Below the pieces are notes generated by a model. That model was not told the origin of the DNA. It did no database searches and saw only the letters and a list, made by a program, of their open reading frames with translations. A program made the translations under genes and the position numbers. DNA of 63,473 nucleotides, counting the filler, from Octopus bimaculoides (taxonomy: Eukaryota): assembly GCF_001194135.2 (NCBI RefSeq). It is 4 parts of 4 records of this genome, joined end to end, with 100 filler letters (N's around TTAATTAATTAA, not from the genome) between each part and the next. Parts side by side here need not be neighbours in the genome. Positions count along the whole stretch, not along the records: positions 1 to 13,611 come from NC_068983.1; 3 more parts are not named here. The stretch is one strand, 5' to 3'. This document shows, one piece after another, positions 1-13,711 of the stretch (positions within the stretch are counted from its first letter, which is position 1; each line of letters opens with the position of its first letter).

Positions 1-1095
1 ATATATATATATATATATATACATCAAAATACACAGATGCATACGCACAGACAATCTACATATATAGGTATATATTTGCAAGGCACAAATATATACATGA
101 ATACAAATTTATACACATATACATACACACGCATTTAAGTTTGCAGACGAAAAAACTTATGCGCTAGTAAGAAAAATTGTATCTTAAGCTATGGAGTGGA
201 GGGGTAAAGAGTAACGTATCTATAATAACGTTATTAACATAGAAGGGAGAAAGTGTAGCTATCATGAGGAAGGAAAGGAAGAAGGAAAGAGAAAAAGAAA
301 GAAAGACAGAAAAGGAAGAAAAGAGAGAAAGGTGGGAATGGGAAGAAAGAAGTAGAGAGAGAAAATGAGCAAGAACGTATGTATATAGTAAACCTACATA
401 AAATATAGCATCCCGTATATAGATATATACGTAGGTATGTACGCAAATACTCACGAACATAACCATGTACATGCGTATGCACACATTCAAGTATGTGTGA
501 GTGTGAACCTAAGTGCACATTCCCATATATAACATAGATGCACACATGCGAATAGATGCATGTATGTATAAATAAATATAAGCATATACTCTTATCCATG
601 TATACACAAAGACGTACACACACGAAATCATAACTGCATATGCACAAGTGTAAACCCAGGCCCTATATGTAAGTGCAGACGCACGCATATGAATACCTAA
701 GTGTTGTTACGATACAGATATCTACATTAAAAACCTTTTTGATCTCAGCGTATATATGCAGACGACTTCTTAAGAAACTGCTGGGTGTATAAAAGTTAAA
801 ACCAGGCGAAAATACATGCATAATAGAATCCTATATGCCGAATCGTCCATAAAAATTGTAAAATTTGCATACAAAGCGTTTTAAAATAAATAGAATAGAA
901 TGAAGTAAAAAGTAAAAACAAGGGAGAAGAAAAAACTATGTATATAACAGTCGAAGGTTTTCTTAAAATGACGTAGGGGTCTATACAAAATTCTTACAAC
1001 GCTAAATAAATCATTATAATTCGGTACCAATCCAATAGTAAGATTTCACAATGGTTACAAGGAGTCAAACATTATCAAAAAAATATATATATATA

Positions 1096-2640
1096 CTATC
1101 CATACGGTATATTACTTGCTGACATTTTAAATTTGGATGCATGCCTACATGTATTTAAAAGTTCGCATCTTTGGTTTAGCGCCTTCTTATCCTGGAATAA
1201 GATATTCAGTTTCTCCAATAAACAAAGATCACATTTCAATGGTCTTTTATGGGCACCGTGTCTGTAAGGCGATGCTCTGCCTAAAATCCTCCATGTCATG
1301 TTGAAAGGCTGGGCTTCATTTTCCTTTAATTGCCAGGCTTGTCTTAGTCCTATTTTCAGCGCATCTAAAAGAATTTTTGTGCGAATACAGCCTGGTTTTG
1401 AAAGAATTTTCTGTAGCCCCTGTATAAGTTCTATAATCGTGCGAGCCTTCTATCTGGACTTTAGCCCTATACACGATACCCTTTTCTAGACATCTCCCTT
1501 CCAATGAACAGGAGGTTCGATCTTTCCAATTACAGCTCCTTGTAAGTGGGTCGGCATTATTGTTTTTGGCAATTCTCTTATTGTTGTGCTGGCTGATCAA
1601 AGAGGTGAAGTTTTTGCAGCAAGCATAGCTAATCTTAAGCGTTCTTCTATTAAATATTCTGTAAAACTTATGATCAGGTTGAAAGTGCCTAGTGACCAAT
1701 TTTAAGAATTCCTTACCTATATTAGTTCTTACGGCCATATTGAAAGCTGGGTTGAACCACAAAACTTTCCTGGTCCTAGTTCTACGTGCTGCGCTGCTGC
1801 CAGCATTAGACTGGGTGTACTGGATCCTCTCAGAGAATCCACTATTCCTTAAAACACTATTATAATAAGGTGCTGCATTACGGAATGTTGCTTTGTCTAC
1901 AGAGATTGACAAAATTCGCCTACCTACGTTACTAACTAAGTTTGTAAGAATAACAGGCGGATGGTTAGATTCTCTGCTGATATAGGATAGTTTGTCATTT
2001 GGTTTACGGTAAGGCTTAAATATATTCGAATTCAAGTCTAAATTTACGTCTAAGAAATCTACTTTTTTTAGGTTAGTATCTACTGTGATCCGTAAACCCA
2101 TCATTTGGAAGAAAGTTATAAGATCCTTCCTGAGCTTATCTAGTTCATGGCCGTTTAAATTATGGGTGACTATAAGACCGTCATCCCTATATAATCCCGC
2201 ATCCATAAACGGAAATTCCTGTTTTAGATAATGCAGAATGTAAGCCCCTATAAGCGTGCACAATTCCGCCCCGTCGTATGCCCCCATCAGTACATCGAAA
2301 AGAGAATCTTCACTCTTTTTAATCCAGGTGGATTCCTCACGAAAAAGAAGTGATTTTCTTGCGTGCATTATAATGTCTATTTCCGAGCTATCGATGTTGA
2401 CATACTGTTTGGCGAATTCTAATGCTTTCAGTAGCAAAGGTCTGGATATTGATGGGTAAAAATCAACAATATTGAACTGCGTAAATTTGCAGCTATGCTT
2501 ATGGCTAATCCCTTTAAACCAATCTATTACTGACTTATTATTCTTCCAAATCCGTAAATTTAACTCACTATCTAACTTAGTTAAAATTCGGTCTAAAATA
2601 TATTTGCTAATAATCCCTAATAAGATCTCCTTGTCTTAAA
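1096..2640 (-). mobile_element. Penelope-like retroelement relic (RT plus GIY-YIG endonuclease), 5'-truncated and frameshifted
   Basis: ORF 1316-2437 has RT motifs (FDVLMGAYDGAE, LYRDDG, VDFLDVNLDL) followed by a GIY-YIG-type region (GIVYRA...YTGATENSFKTRLYSH). The upstream frame reads FTQFNIVDFYPSI. The downstream frame reads CDLCLLEK...LNQRCELLNTCRH. Confidence 0.9.
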
Positions 2641-3660
2641 TTTTGTGCAGTACTTACTGTCACTTGTCCATCTGGATCATCTTCATTAGTTACTTTATCA
2701 GTATTTTCTGGTACTCTATGGTTTCCATCTGTTTCAAGGTCTTTCATCTCATACTCTTTCTTTACTACTTTCTGCTACTGCTGTTTCACTCTCCTTCTGC
2801 TCTTTTTTTATTATGTTTCTCTAATTTCTTCAATCTCTACTCCTGTTATCCAGTTTTCTCAATGGATTACTCTTGCTTGCTCTATCAGTCGCTGGGCAGA
2901 TGCTTCAAAACCTCCTTTTTCATCCCATATTTTCTTCATTCAATTCATGAAGCTTCTTTTATTTGACTCACATCTCAGCTGGCACTCTATTACTATTTAG
3001 TTTACATCTTTTTCCCCATTTCATTCTGTTTCTTTTGCACTTTTGACTGCAATTCTGGTCTTGATCAATAGCTTGATGACAACCTGTTGGAATTTGATCA
3101 GGTACTTCCTGCCTGCCATGCACGACACCTTCACTGTTAACAGTTCCAGTCCCATTAGCACAGTTGTGGTTATTATTTGATTTTAACATCACTCATTTAG
3201 AGGTAACATTTGTAAGGTTGTGCAATCACCAGTATTTTTAATGTGACACCATCACTAGGCTGGTTTGCTAGACAAGGCTCCCAAGAGTCTACATCTACCT
3301 TCATGTACACTGTTTTTTGTGCCGGTCTTTTTCAATTCATTGTTTTGAATCTTTGTATTTGACATTTTCACTCCTGAGAATTTTGGTGTTGAAGTGGCAC
3401 AACCATTGGTGTTTTTATTGAGACACCTTCTCTAGAGGGGTTGCCAACCAAGTCTAAAGGGACCCCTCCTCCCATGAGACAGGCTTAACCCTACCAGACA
3501 TCAATGTGGTATTTCCAGATCTCTGGGTGGGCTTACAGGTACTACACTTTGCCCAATGGTGACCTGAAGGTAGTTGTGGTTAAGAATAACTTTGTTCTTC
3601 CGACATCGTGATGTCACAACCGGATGCAGTTTCATGCCATACTCAGAGTGTGTTATCATT
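2640..3660 (-). mobile_element. 5' fragment (UTR plus ORF N-terminus) of a Dong/R4-like non-LTR retrotransposon
   Basis: Manual minus-strand translation near 3035-2820 gives RNRMKWGK/DVN*IVIECQLRCESNKRSFMN*MKKIWDEKGGFEASAQRLIEQARVIH*ENWITGVEIEEIR. This resembles the N-terminus of R4/Dong-clade ORFs (recalled family pattern). Stops and frameshifts are present. Confidence 0.55.
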
Positions 3661-4294
3661 AGTATTATTATCATTTGCTTGTATTGTTAGTGATGGTGGT
3701 GGTAGCACTAGTGTAAACTATTGTTCTCTTTGACTATTTCCTGAAGTCATGGTGGCTCTGTTACCATTATTGCTCTGCTGTCTCTTGATTGTTTCTGTAG
3801 TTGACTGTGTTGATGGGATGACCTTTGTTGTTATTGATTTGGAGCACTTTCTATGGCCTTCACAATTGGAGTGCTAATGTTCATCCTCTTTGACATGCTG
3901 TTTTTACATATTTAGGTGAGATATTCTGTGTGTGGGAGTGGGGGCTGCTGGATGAGTTTCCGGTTTGGTCTGTTATGTTAGGAGCAAAGGTGGTTAGATT
4001 GGCTGTCTAGCCATATATGTGCACTGGAGCATTATTCTCATGGCCATTGAGACTGCTTGGTTCGTTTTCAAATAGCTGTCTGGTTGGTCAGGTATTATTA
4101 TTATTATTCACTTTACATCTTGATCTCACCTCTTTCTCTTTCCTGGTAGGCAAGCTATGTATTCACCTCTTTGGCAAGGCACCTGCTCCTTGTCTCTCTT
4201 TCATAGTTTCTTATCCCTGCATTCTGTACCCAACTCAATTGAGAGGTCTTACTTTGCAGATACTTGACGACCTTTTTAAGTGGCTCTGCTGGTG

Positions 4295-4479
4295 TCATAT
4301 AAAAAACACCCAGTACACTCTGTTAAGTGGTTAGCATTAGGAAAGGCGTCCAGCTGTAGAGACCAGGCCAAAGCAGACATAGAATCTGGAGCAGCCTTCT
4401 GGCTCATCTATTCATCTATTCTTATCAAACTATCCAACCCATGCCAGTGTGAAAAGGACATCAAATGATGATGATGATG

Positions 4480-4482
<3 letters not shown>
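4295..4482 (+). mobile_element. RTE-type 3' tail fragment ending in (GAT)n
   Basis: ttaggaaaggcgtccagctgtaga...aacccatgcc...atgatgatgatgat is homologous to the LINE 3' end at 7890-8061. Confidence 0.7.
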
Positions 4483-4526
<44 letters not shown>

Positions 4527-5940
4527 GGTAGGTAGGTATACATACACACATACATACATACATTATATGATACATAGAAAATATATACTAGCAGAAAGAT
4601 CATCCCCGGTCAGTTTTCTGCTAGCCCCTTGATAATATTTTCACATTTGATTCTAATTTCTAATAATTTTTGTATTTTACTATATTATTTCTTTGTATAA
4701 TAGTGCTCACTTGCTTAGTAAATATTGCTTTCATTATTTTATCACAGCCATAATCTCTCTTTTTTAAACAGACATCACAGTAGTCCAACAACAGAGGGAG
4801 AAGCAGTTTGTCAAGTTTTACCTTCCCCTCAAAGCAATATAGAGATTTCAATTCAGCAGCCTATCTGTAAGCCTTGCAGTGTGTGTGTGAGAGAGAGAGA
4901 GAGAGAACACATTGCAAACAATGAATGAAATAAACATGAAACGTAAAAATCGTATAAATAAAAGGGCATTACTACAGATGTATACCCCCACCTCCGACTT
5001 TGTTGCCTCGTATCATCCAGAAAAATGGATACTTTTTTAACAAAATTTTCTACAAATACCCCATAGATGTTGTGGCTTCAGCATATATAGGGATTTATGG
5101 GAAAGAATTTTTGCAAGGGGGTGGAGAGAGGATTACAGAAAATTCATACGACCTGATTTTTCCCTCATAACTTTCAGGAAGGTGGGTATCTTTTAATGAA
5201 ATTTATACAAATACTTTTCAAATGGCATAAATTATGATTATAAAGAATTTTGTTGGGGATTTTTCCCATTTTTTTAAACCATAGCCTTCAAAATGATGGG
5301 GTGGGGGGCATCTTTGTATGAAAAATTTTGAAAACTTCTTTTTTATATCCTCCCTCATTATCCCACTCTGGACCTATTTAGGCCAATTTTTTTGCTCTTC
5401 AAAACCATGGGAAGATCATTTTTGGTAAAAAAAAAAATTTTTTAACTATTAATATTTTCAGAGGGAAAAGTAATTTAAGGGTGATTTGGCTGTTGTTTCT
5501 AGCACATCCAAAGACAACCCTCTTTGTTCCTTTATCACTCTCACATGTGTTGATGTTTTTCAATATTTTTTCCCCATAAATACATTTATATGCTATAAAG
5601 AAGAAAATTTAAGAAATTATAAATTTTTTTGCAACCCCACTCCCTGCCCCCAATTGTTTCTGTTTAGAAATTAAAATATTGAAGAGCCTTAGAAGGTCGT
5701 TGCTGGCATTTATCCACAGTGATTTTTAAAAAATTACGGAGATGTACTTTGCATAGCAAGAGACTTGATTTGAGATCGTGTGCTGATGTTTGTAAACCAT
5801 TCAAGAACACACAAATACCATTAGTTTCACTTCAACATTAAAACTTCATTTGTGTCAAAATATTTTCGTTGCTTTGAAACCGCGACCTGTTCCATGACAA
5901 AACTTCACAAACGTGATGCAGCACAGTTTTGTCAGTGAAC

Positions 5941-5977
<37 letters not shown>

Positions 5978-6736
5978 TCATTGCCTTTCATTTGTGTGTA
6001 TGTGTATCTGTGTATGCGTGCGAGTGTATTGGTGTGTGTGTGTGTGTGTGTCACTGTTAAAGTTGTGTTTGGAAACTGAATAAGGTGCAATTTTCAAGCA
6101 CTTGTCAGTAACTTTTTGTTTTTTTCTTCTCATCTTCTAATAGTAATTATCCAACTTTCTAGGCTCTTCTCACAGCTATCCCACACTCAAAAATTATACG
6201 GATATTTTTAAAAATTTTCATTCAGTAAATAATATTTTTACATTATGTGTACATTAACAGCAAATTAAAACTTAAAAGTGAAAGTGAGAGACTTCGCAAA
6301 TGAAAATAGAATACTCTGCAGTGAATGCAATGAATATTTAAATGCATGATAAATAGGAGGCAGTGATTATTTAAATTTGCGAGAAATTGGAGTTTAAAAA
6401 ATTCAATAAACTTGAGAAATCGAAATTATAGAAAATTTCTTAGAACATGAATTTATAAAAATATTTCCAGACAGTCAACTCTTTAATAATTGCTTTCTTT
6501 TAGTACTTTTAGTAATTGTTACATACCTAATTAATAAGCAGCTTTCTCCATTATAGTATAGATAGTATATTTTCTATCTTGTTTCACTCATTCAACTGCA
6601 GCCATGAGGGTCATGACCATGAAGGGGTTAGCTAAACAAATCAATCCCAGTACTTATTTTCCTAAGTCTGGTACTTATTTTATTGGTGTCATTTGCTGAA
6701 CCGCTAGATTTAAGTGATGTAAAGAAACCAATATAT

Positions 6737-8061
6737 AGATGGCCTTGCTCGATCTGTAGAAAAGGCATAGGCAGAAACTCTATAAGATGCACCAAGTGCA
6801 AGCTATGGACACATAAGAGACAGCAATATCAAAGGAAGGTTAACTAGGAAGTTTTTTTTGTATGTAGCAGATGTCCAGGAGCAATAAACACTGTAAATGT
6901 GCAGAAAACAACTTCTGTCACATTCCAGGGAGAAAAACTAGATGTAGTTGATAGTTTCCACTATCTAGGTGACCAAGTTAATAGTGGGGGAGGGTGCGCC
7001 GAAAGTGTAGCTGCTAGTATAAGAATAGCCTGGTCAAGGTTCAGAGTGCTCTTACCTCTGCTGGTGACAAAGGGTCTCTCTCTCAGAGTAAAATGCAGAC
7101 TGTGCGATGCATGTGTACGAACAGCCATGCTTCATAGCAGTGAAACATGGGCTGTGACTGTTGAAGACATCTGTAGGCTCGCAAGGAATGAAGCCAGTAT
7201 GCTCCAATGAATGTGTAATGTCAGTGTGCATACTAGACAGAGCGTAAGTACCTTGAGAGAAAAGTTGGACCTAAGAAACATCAGTTGTGGTGCGCAAGAG
7301 AGACGACTGCACTGGTATGGTCATTTGGCGAGAATGGATGAGGACAGCTGTGTGAAAAAGTGCCACTCCCTAGCAGTTGAGGGAACCTGTGAAAGAGGTA
7401 GGCGCAGGAAAACCTGGGATGAGGTGGTGAGGCATGACCTTCGAACATTGGGCCTCACTGAGGTAATGACTTCTGACCGAGACCTTTGGAAATATGCTGT
7501 GCGTGAGGAGACCTAAATCCAAGGCCTCCGCCAGGGGTGTAGCCAGCCCACTTATGCGTACCTTCCTTCATTGGACACAAAACTCCACTTGCGAAGACCT
7601 GTTGAGGCAAGTGAAAGCGGAATCGAAATTGAACTAAATTTGACGTCTGGCACCCATGCCAACGTCGTCTCCTTCATTGGACATGAAACTTGGCTTGTGA
7701 AANNNNNNNNNNNNNNNNNNNNNNNNNNNNNNNNNNNNNNNNGGCACCTTCCTGGCACGTGTAAAGACATTTGAGCGAGATCGTGCCAGTGTCACTGGAC
7801 TTGCTCCTGTGCAGGTGGCACGTAAAATACACCATTTTGAGTGTGGCCGTTGCCAGTACCACCTGACTGGTCTTCATGCTGGTGGCACGTAAAAGCACCC
7901 ACTACACTCTCAGAGTAGTTGGCGTTAGGAAGGGCATCCAGCTGTAGAAACTCTGCCAAATCAGATTGGAGCCTGGTGTAGCCATCTGGTTCACCAGTTC
8001 TCAGTCAAATCGTCCAACCCATGCTAGCATGGAAAGCAGACATTAAACGATGATGATGATG
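6737..8061 (+). mobile_element. RTE-clade LINE 3' portion (Cys-rich insert, RT C-terminus, 3' UTR, (GAT)n tail)
   Basis: ORFs 6899-7210 and 7211-7516 read EKLDVVDSFHYLGD...IRIAWSRFRVLLPLL...TAMLHSSETWAV...RRLHWYGHLARMDEDSCVKKC...GRRRKTWDEVV. The element ends in gatgatgatgat at about 8061. Confidence 0.85.
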
Positions 8062-9415
8062 ATATATTTGTAATTTGTTAAATTTCAGTGGTAAATGGAC
8101 AGAGCAAGAAATAGAACTACTAAAATCATCAGTGAAACGGTTTGGAGAAGATTTGAATAAAATCAGTGATGTCATAAAAAACAGAACTACGTAAGTTAAA
8201 CCATTTTACTATTTGGTATTTTTTTAAACCCTTTTGTTATATTTCTAACCTAAATGTGATTTTTGGAACACAATTTAACAAAATGTTCTTAACCAAATCT
8301 ATTGCATAATTTTTGTCTCAAAGTGAATCTAATTACAGGTAAGTAATGGTAAATTCAACAAAATACATTATTTGAATTTTGCTTACACATCAGCATAGAA
8401 AATGAGTTATTAGCTAACAGTGAAAATTTGTGCAAATTACTGGATTATCTATAAGTTGAACTCAGTGCACATGAGGCATGAGTACCACAAAGGTAAAACA
8501 ATGAAATACTGGAATTTGTCTTTGAAGAAGAAGCTAAGGACATAAATAAATGAGGAAAAGACAATATATAGCTAATCAGTTTATATGAACTAAAAATTTT
8601 CATAGTTGTTGGTCAGTATAGTATTGTCACTGGTACCAAATTCTGTTTGATGGGGGAAAATTTATTCCAGTTTACCATTAGCTACAACATTAAGCAGACA
8701 AAAGGGAAATTGATAACAATGACAATTGCCAGGATACTTGTAGTGAGGAGATGGTGAGAACAAATAAAAATTATGATAAGAATAATGATACTAGTGATGT
8801 GTGGTGAGAGGTAATGTGACTTGTAGTAGAATGCCATAAACCATCTGCTAGCTAGCAGACCTATTCTGTGACCTTGGAGTGTGTATACAAGGGAAAATTA
8901 AATGAAAAAATAGGAGGAAATCTAATGGGGGTGAGTGTGCCCTAAACAGTTAAAGCAGAAACTAAGAATTTAGAGTTTAATTGAAAAGTGGTCAAGAAAT
9001 TTATAAGCTATGTTAGTTTTGAACGAATATGAATTGAAGGTATATAAAATAGAGAAAATATGGAAAAAACAAATATAGAAAAAATAAATAAATAACTGTA
9101 TAGATTGAAAATTACTACTCAGGTAATAATATAGATATAACAACCCTATAAAAGAGACTAAGGGTAAAAAGGGATTAGGGTTAAATATATAACATTTAAA
9201 AAATTAATTAATTATAAGAGTTTAGAATTAGCAGAAATAAAGTATGATATTAATTACATAGTAAGTTGCTAATTCTTGTGGAGTAGTAGGGAGTGAAAAT
9301 TGATAGTTAGCTAGCAATATCGATATATAGCAACCCTATAAAGGGGACTGCAGGAGGTCGTGGTTGAGATAAAGCATAAATATATGAAGTTTAATCTTCC
9401 CAGAAGATTTTATAC

Positions 9416-9660
9416 CTATGTGTTTTGCCTGTGAGGAACCTGGCTGAAGCTCCTCTCCACCTTACCTCTTGAACATACAGTAACATGCTTCTGTTCAAGC
9501 ATCTCCACAATCTCACTAAACCTACCGTTCAGTGTGCTTACATTGACAGTGCCAACTCTGAAAACTGGGAAAGAGATGTGGGAGGGAACATGGGAAGGAG
9601 AGATGGTATTCAGCACCTGAAAAGAAGGTTTCAATGATCGGTGGATAACAGACATGTCAC
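9416..9660 (-). mobile_element. RTE-like LINE fragment, N-terminus of the APE endonuclease
   Basis: RVGTVNVSTLNGRFSEIVEMLEQKHV matches the GTxNVxTL start motif of AP endonucleases in RTE elements. Confidence 0.65.
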
Positions 9661-10344
9661 ATCAGCTGTTCTCACTTCATTCAAACATATTAAAATTGTT
9701 GCCCCTATTGGGAGTGAGTGAAATGTAAGAATTATAAATATAAGTGTTATGAACAGTGTAAATATAAACGTTATTGCTGCAAACATAAATTGGTCAGTGT
9801 TTAAATTAAGTAAATGAGCCGCTATTGGTTAGTCCATTATATATATAGAGAAAGAGGATTTGTTAATTTACTAAGTAACACATTTCCTTTTGGCGCATGC
9901 AGTTGCGTGGATGATTGCTGCTGGTGGGGGTGGGGTGGGGCACTATGCAAGTCTTCTGGTACTGAAGCGAGGCAGAGCCTTGTGGGGGTTTCCAGTATAA
10001 GAGAAGGGATTTCCAATATTGGTGGTGGGGTGGGNNNNNNNNNNNNNNNNNNNNNNNNNNNNNNNNNNNNNNNNNNNNNNNNNNNNNNNNNNNNNNNNNN
10101 NNNNNNNNNNNNNNNNNNNNNNNNNNNNNNNNNNNNNNNNNNNNNNNNNNNNNNNNNNNNNNNNNNNNNNNNNNNNNNNNNNNNNNNNNNNNNNNNNNNN
10201 NNNNNNNNNNNNNNNNNNNNNNNNNNNNNNNNNNNNNNNNNNNNNNNNNNNNNNNNNNNNNNNNNNNNNNNNNNATATATATATTGCAACTCATTCCTCC
10301 CCTTCACACTCTTTAATCACACTCCTTTCGCTATAGCCTGCCAC

Positions 10345-10510
10345 ATAAAAAGCACTAAGTCCACTCTGCTGAGTGGTTGGTATTAAGAAGGCCATCCAGC
10401 TGTAAAAATCTTGCCAAAACAAGGTTTGGTGCAGGCTTCTGCCTGTCTGGCTCTTTTGAAACCGTCTCATCCATGCTGGAAGGCAGATGTTAAACGATGA
10501 TGATGATTAT
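10345..10510 (+). mobile_element. RTE-type 3' tail fragment ending in (GAT)n
   Basis: aaaagcactaagtccactctgctgagtggttggtattaagaaggccatccagctgta...aaacgatgatgatgat. Confidence 0.7.
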
Positions 10511-11106
10511 TATTTATATATATGTTCATTTCTTTTTTGCATCTGTTATTTTCTTATTGATTTTCTTTATAAATGAAGCTATATCCTTTAATTTGCTGCT
10601 TTTCTGTACACGAACTGAGAAGATACATTGCGGAACTATTATTTTAACTAGTTATATCTACTTATTATCCAAAGAGACACATCTGCACTGTCAGATGCTT
10701 CTGAACCAGTTGTTAAGTATCCCACCTGTGAGGGATCAATGCTAGATGGCTCAAAACAATTATAGTGATTAATAAAAATTCTCGTATCTTCGATCTTCCA
10801 TTAACCAAATACATAACAAACACTGTGAAAGTGATTGTGTTTTATCAGTAAGCTAGCAGGTATAAACCATTTGTTTTATTATCTAATAACTACAACCCCT
10901 TTCTGATTCCCGGAAGTAAGGTAGCATGCCATGAAGAAGGAAAAAATAACACTGGATGATATTTCGCTAAAGGATATACCTATACCCAGTAAGAAAGATG
11001 GTATAAGTGAACTTTTGTGGGGAAAAAAACAACCAATTCATACAAAGAATGCAGTGGAAAGCTTTCTTCTTTGACAGAAAAGTTAAATTAAACGACAAAC
11101 CTGAAC

Positions 11107-11960
11107 ATGGTAACCTACTATGAAAAGTATTCAAATCTAGGAAGAACCCACCAACTAACCAGATTTGAAGAGGAATTATATAGTATAGTTAAGAACATGA
11201 AGTTCAGAAAATACCCTAGAAGGTACAATATGCATTCGCTGAAAATTAGAAAATTACTTGATGACTTCATGAAAGTTCCAGGGATACTTGTACCAGCAAA
11301 CAAAACAAGTAACATTTACATTGTTAATATTGAATTATATAATTATATGATTAGGAAGGAATTACTCAGCAAATGTAGATATGCTAATAATGATACATTA
11401 AAAACAATTAACAATACAGGGTTACAAATCGCCAGAGATTTAGTTATAGATGATAGAACCAAGCCTTATGACCCTAGAAAACCCCAGATTATGCTTAAGG
11501 ACCATAAACTTAACTTTCTAATTGATCCCTCAGATTGATTTGTCCTTCTAACTCAGATAGGCTCGTGCATGCAGAGAAAAATCAAAATGCTCATTGATGA
11601 ACCTCTGTATTAGTACAAATCTTGTATATAAATGTACCATACGCATAAGGAGAGGGCTGTATATTTATACTGGGGCAACAGCTGATTCATTCAAGAGTTG
11701 TTATCGCAACCATGTGGTCAGCTTCAACAAAATCAATAAGAAACATTCAACATCTTTGGCTGAATTTGTGTGGCAACTCAAGGAGGATAAAATTAAGTAC
11801 AACATAACTTGGTCCATAGTAAGGCACACGAAACCATATAATATCATTTCCAGGAGATGCTGATTCTGCTCTGAGGAATCCCTGTGTATTCTGTAGACCA
11901 ATGAGGAAGATCATTAATAGAATTTCTGAAAGACTCTCAACATGCTTACATGCATATAAA
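11107..11960 (+). mobile_element. Penelope-like relic with internal deletion (pre-RT region joined to GIY-YIG)
   Basis: RFEEELYSIVKNMKFR...LVPANKTSNIY...KPQIMLKDHK is followed within about 70 nt by LVYKCTI...YIYTGATADSFKSCYRNH...STSLAEFVWQLK. No YxDD core lies between them. Confidence 0.75.
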
Positions 11961-12508
11961 TGCACAATGCAATAGGAATGAATTTGAGTAACTGTTAACA
12001 TAATTCCCCTTAAGATATAGATGAATTAAACTTAGCTCTCACCTTCCCATTCTTATAAACACCAAGTTTGTCATCTTTGGTTTGTGCTAGAGATCACGGC
12101 GCTCCCACATCCCTGAGCCTGCGACTCATATTGGCACCAGACATCTTGCTCCGGCTTGTCTCTGGATAATGTCAATAAAGTGGAGAGGGTCTATGAGGTG
12201 TTGTGCAAGCCTCATTGGACCTAAAACTCAGCACAGGCATTGCCGACCTCTGCTCGATATGTGCGTTTTTTTTTTGTTTTTTTTTTTGCCCCTATATAAG
12301 TTTGTCCTTGAGCGTACAATGCTCCTGAAGGTCGGCAATGGTCTTCCTCAGTCACGAGTGGACGGCTATCATCATGATCATATGTATATATGTATGTGTG
12401 TATATATGTATGTGTATATATATATATATGTGTGTATATATGTATGTATGTGTATATTTATATGTGTATATATATGTATGTATGTGTATATATATGTATA
12501 TATATATG

Positions 12509-12573
<65 letters not shown>

Positions 12574-13711
12574 NNNNNNNNNNATATATATATATGTATG
12601 TGTGTATGTATGTGTATATATGTCCATATGTGTATATATATGTATGTGTGTATGTATGTGTATATATGTCCATATGTGTATATATATGTATGTGTGTATG
12701 TATGTGTATATATGTACATATGTGTATATATATGTATGTGTGTGTATATATATGTATGTATGTATGTTTATATAGAGTAGAAAAACAAAGCCAATCACAG
12801 TAAATTGTTTGAGGTGATTGTGGCTGTGCGATGGCCACGCACACACACTTGGCCAGGAAATTCTCCACTGCAGCAAGCTGCCGTAATTTATCTGCCTTTG
12901 TCACACTTGCCCTCTTCCACCGGAGTCAATCCATGGGGGCTTGAGATTGCCCTCCTCTGCTTGCTTCGCCATTGGGGTCTTGATGTTAGTGTTTAGTCTG
13001 GGACCTCATCCTCAACCTTGCTGACATGAGTGGCCCACCAGGACTCTTAGACTCCAGACAGCATCGCTCTTGGAATCATTGGAGCACACAAGCTCTTCCA
13101 CCATGGTAAGAGAAGACCATCAGAAGAGATGTGTGTGTGTGTGTATATATGTGTGTGTGTGTATGTATGCGTGTATATATGTGTGTGTATGTATGCATGT
13201 ATATATATGTATGTATTCATGTATATATATATATGAGATATGTGTGTATATATATATATATATATAAAAAGATTAAAAAAAAGATAAAAAAAGATAAAAT
13301 AATGATTAATAATGATAAAATTTATTAATAATGATATATATATATATATATATGCAAGTAAAAATAAATACAAAAAAGGTGGGTTTTTTTGTATGATTGT
13401 GTATAGAGGAATATATTATTTTGCTTAAAAGAGTTCCAACACTGTCTGTTTTTTATGTTTTATTTATATTCCTGCAGAACTAATGTGGGGTATAGAATAT
13501 GGAATATACAATATATAATATGATATACAATATTCAATACTTTCTTTCATGGTGCCATCCATTTTTATTTTATTTTATTTTATATTGTATATTGTATATC
13601 ATATTATATATNNNNNNNNNNNNNNNNNNNNNNNNNNNNNNNNNNNNNNNNNNNNTTAATTAATTAANNNNNNNNNNNNNNNNNNNNNNNNNNNNNNNNN
13701 NNNNNNNNNNN

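Noticed and set aside
5887-5942. 18-bp-stem hairpin ctgttccatgacaaaact / agttttgtcagtgaacag
   Set aside because: It looks like the internal symmetry of a degenerate repeat. There is no intact CUGANGA/GAAA core and no other support.
13612-13711. TTAATTAATTAA island inside Ns, repeated at 39760-39771 and 50954-50965
   Set aside because: Each is exactly 44 N + 12 nt + 44 N (100 bp), and the palindrome has stops in all six frames. It is an artificial scaffolding spacer, not biology.
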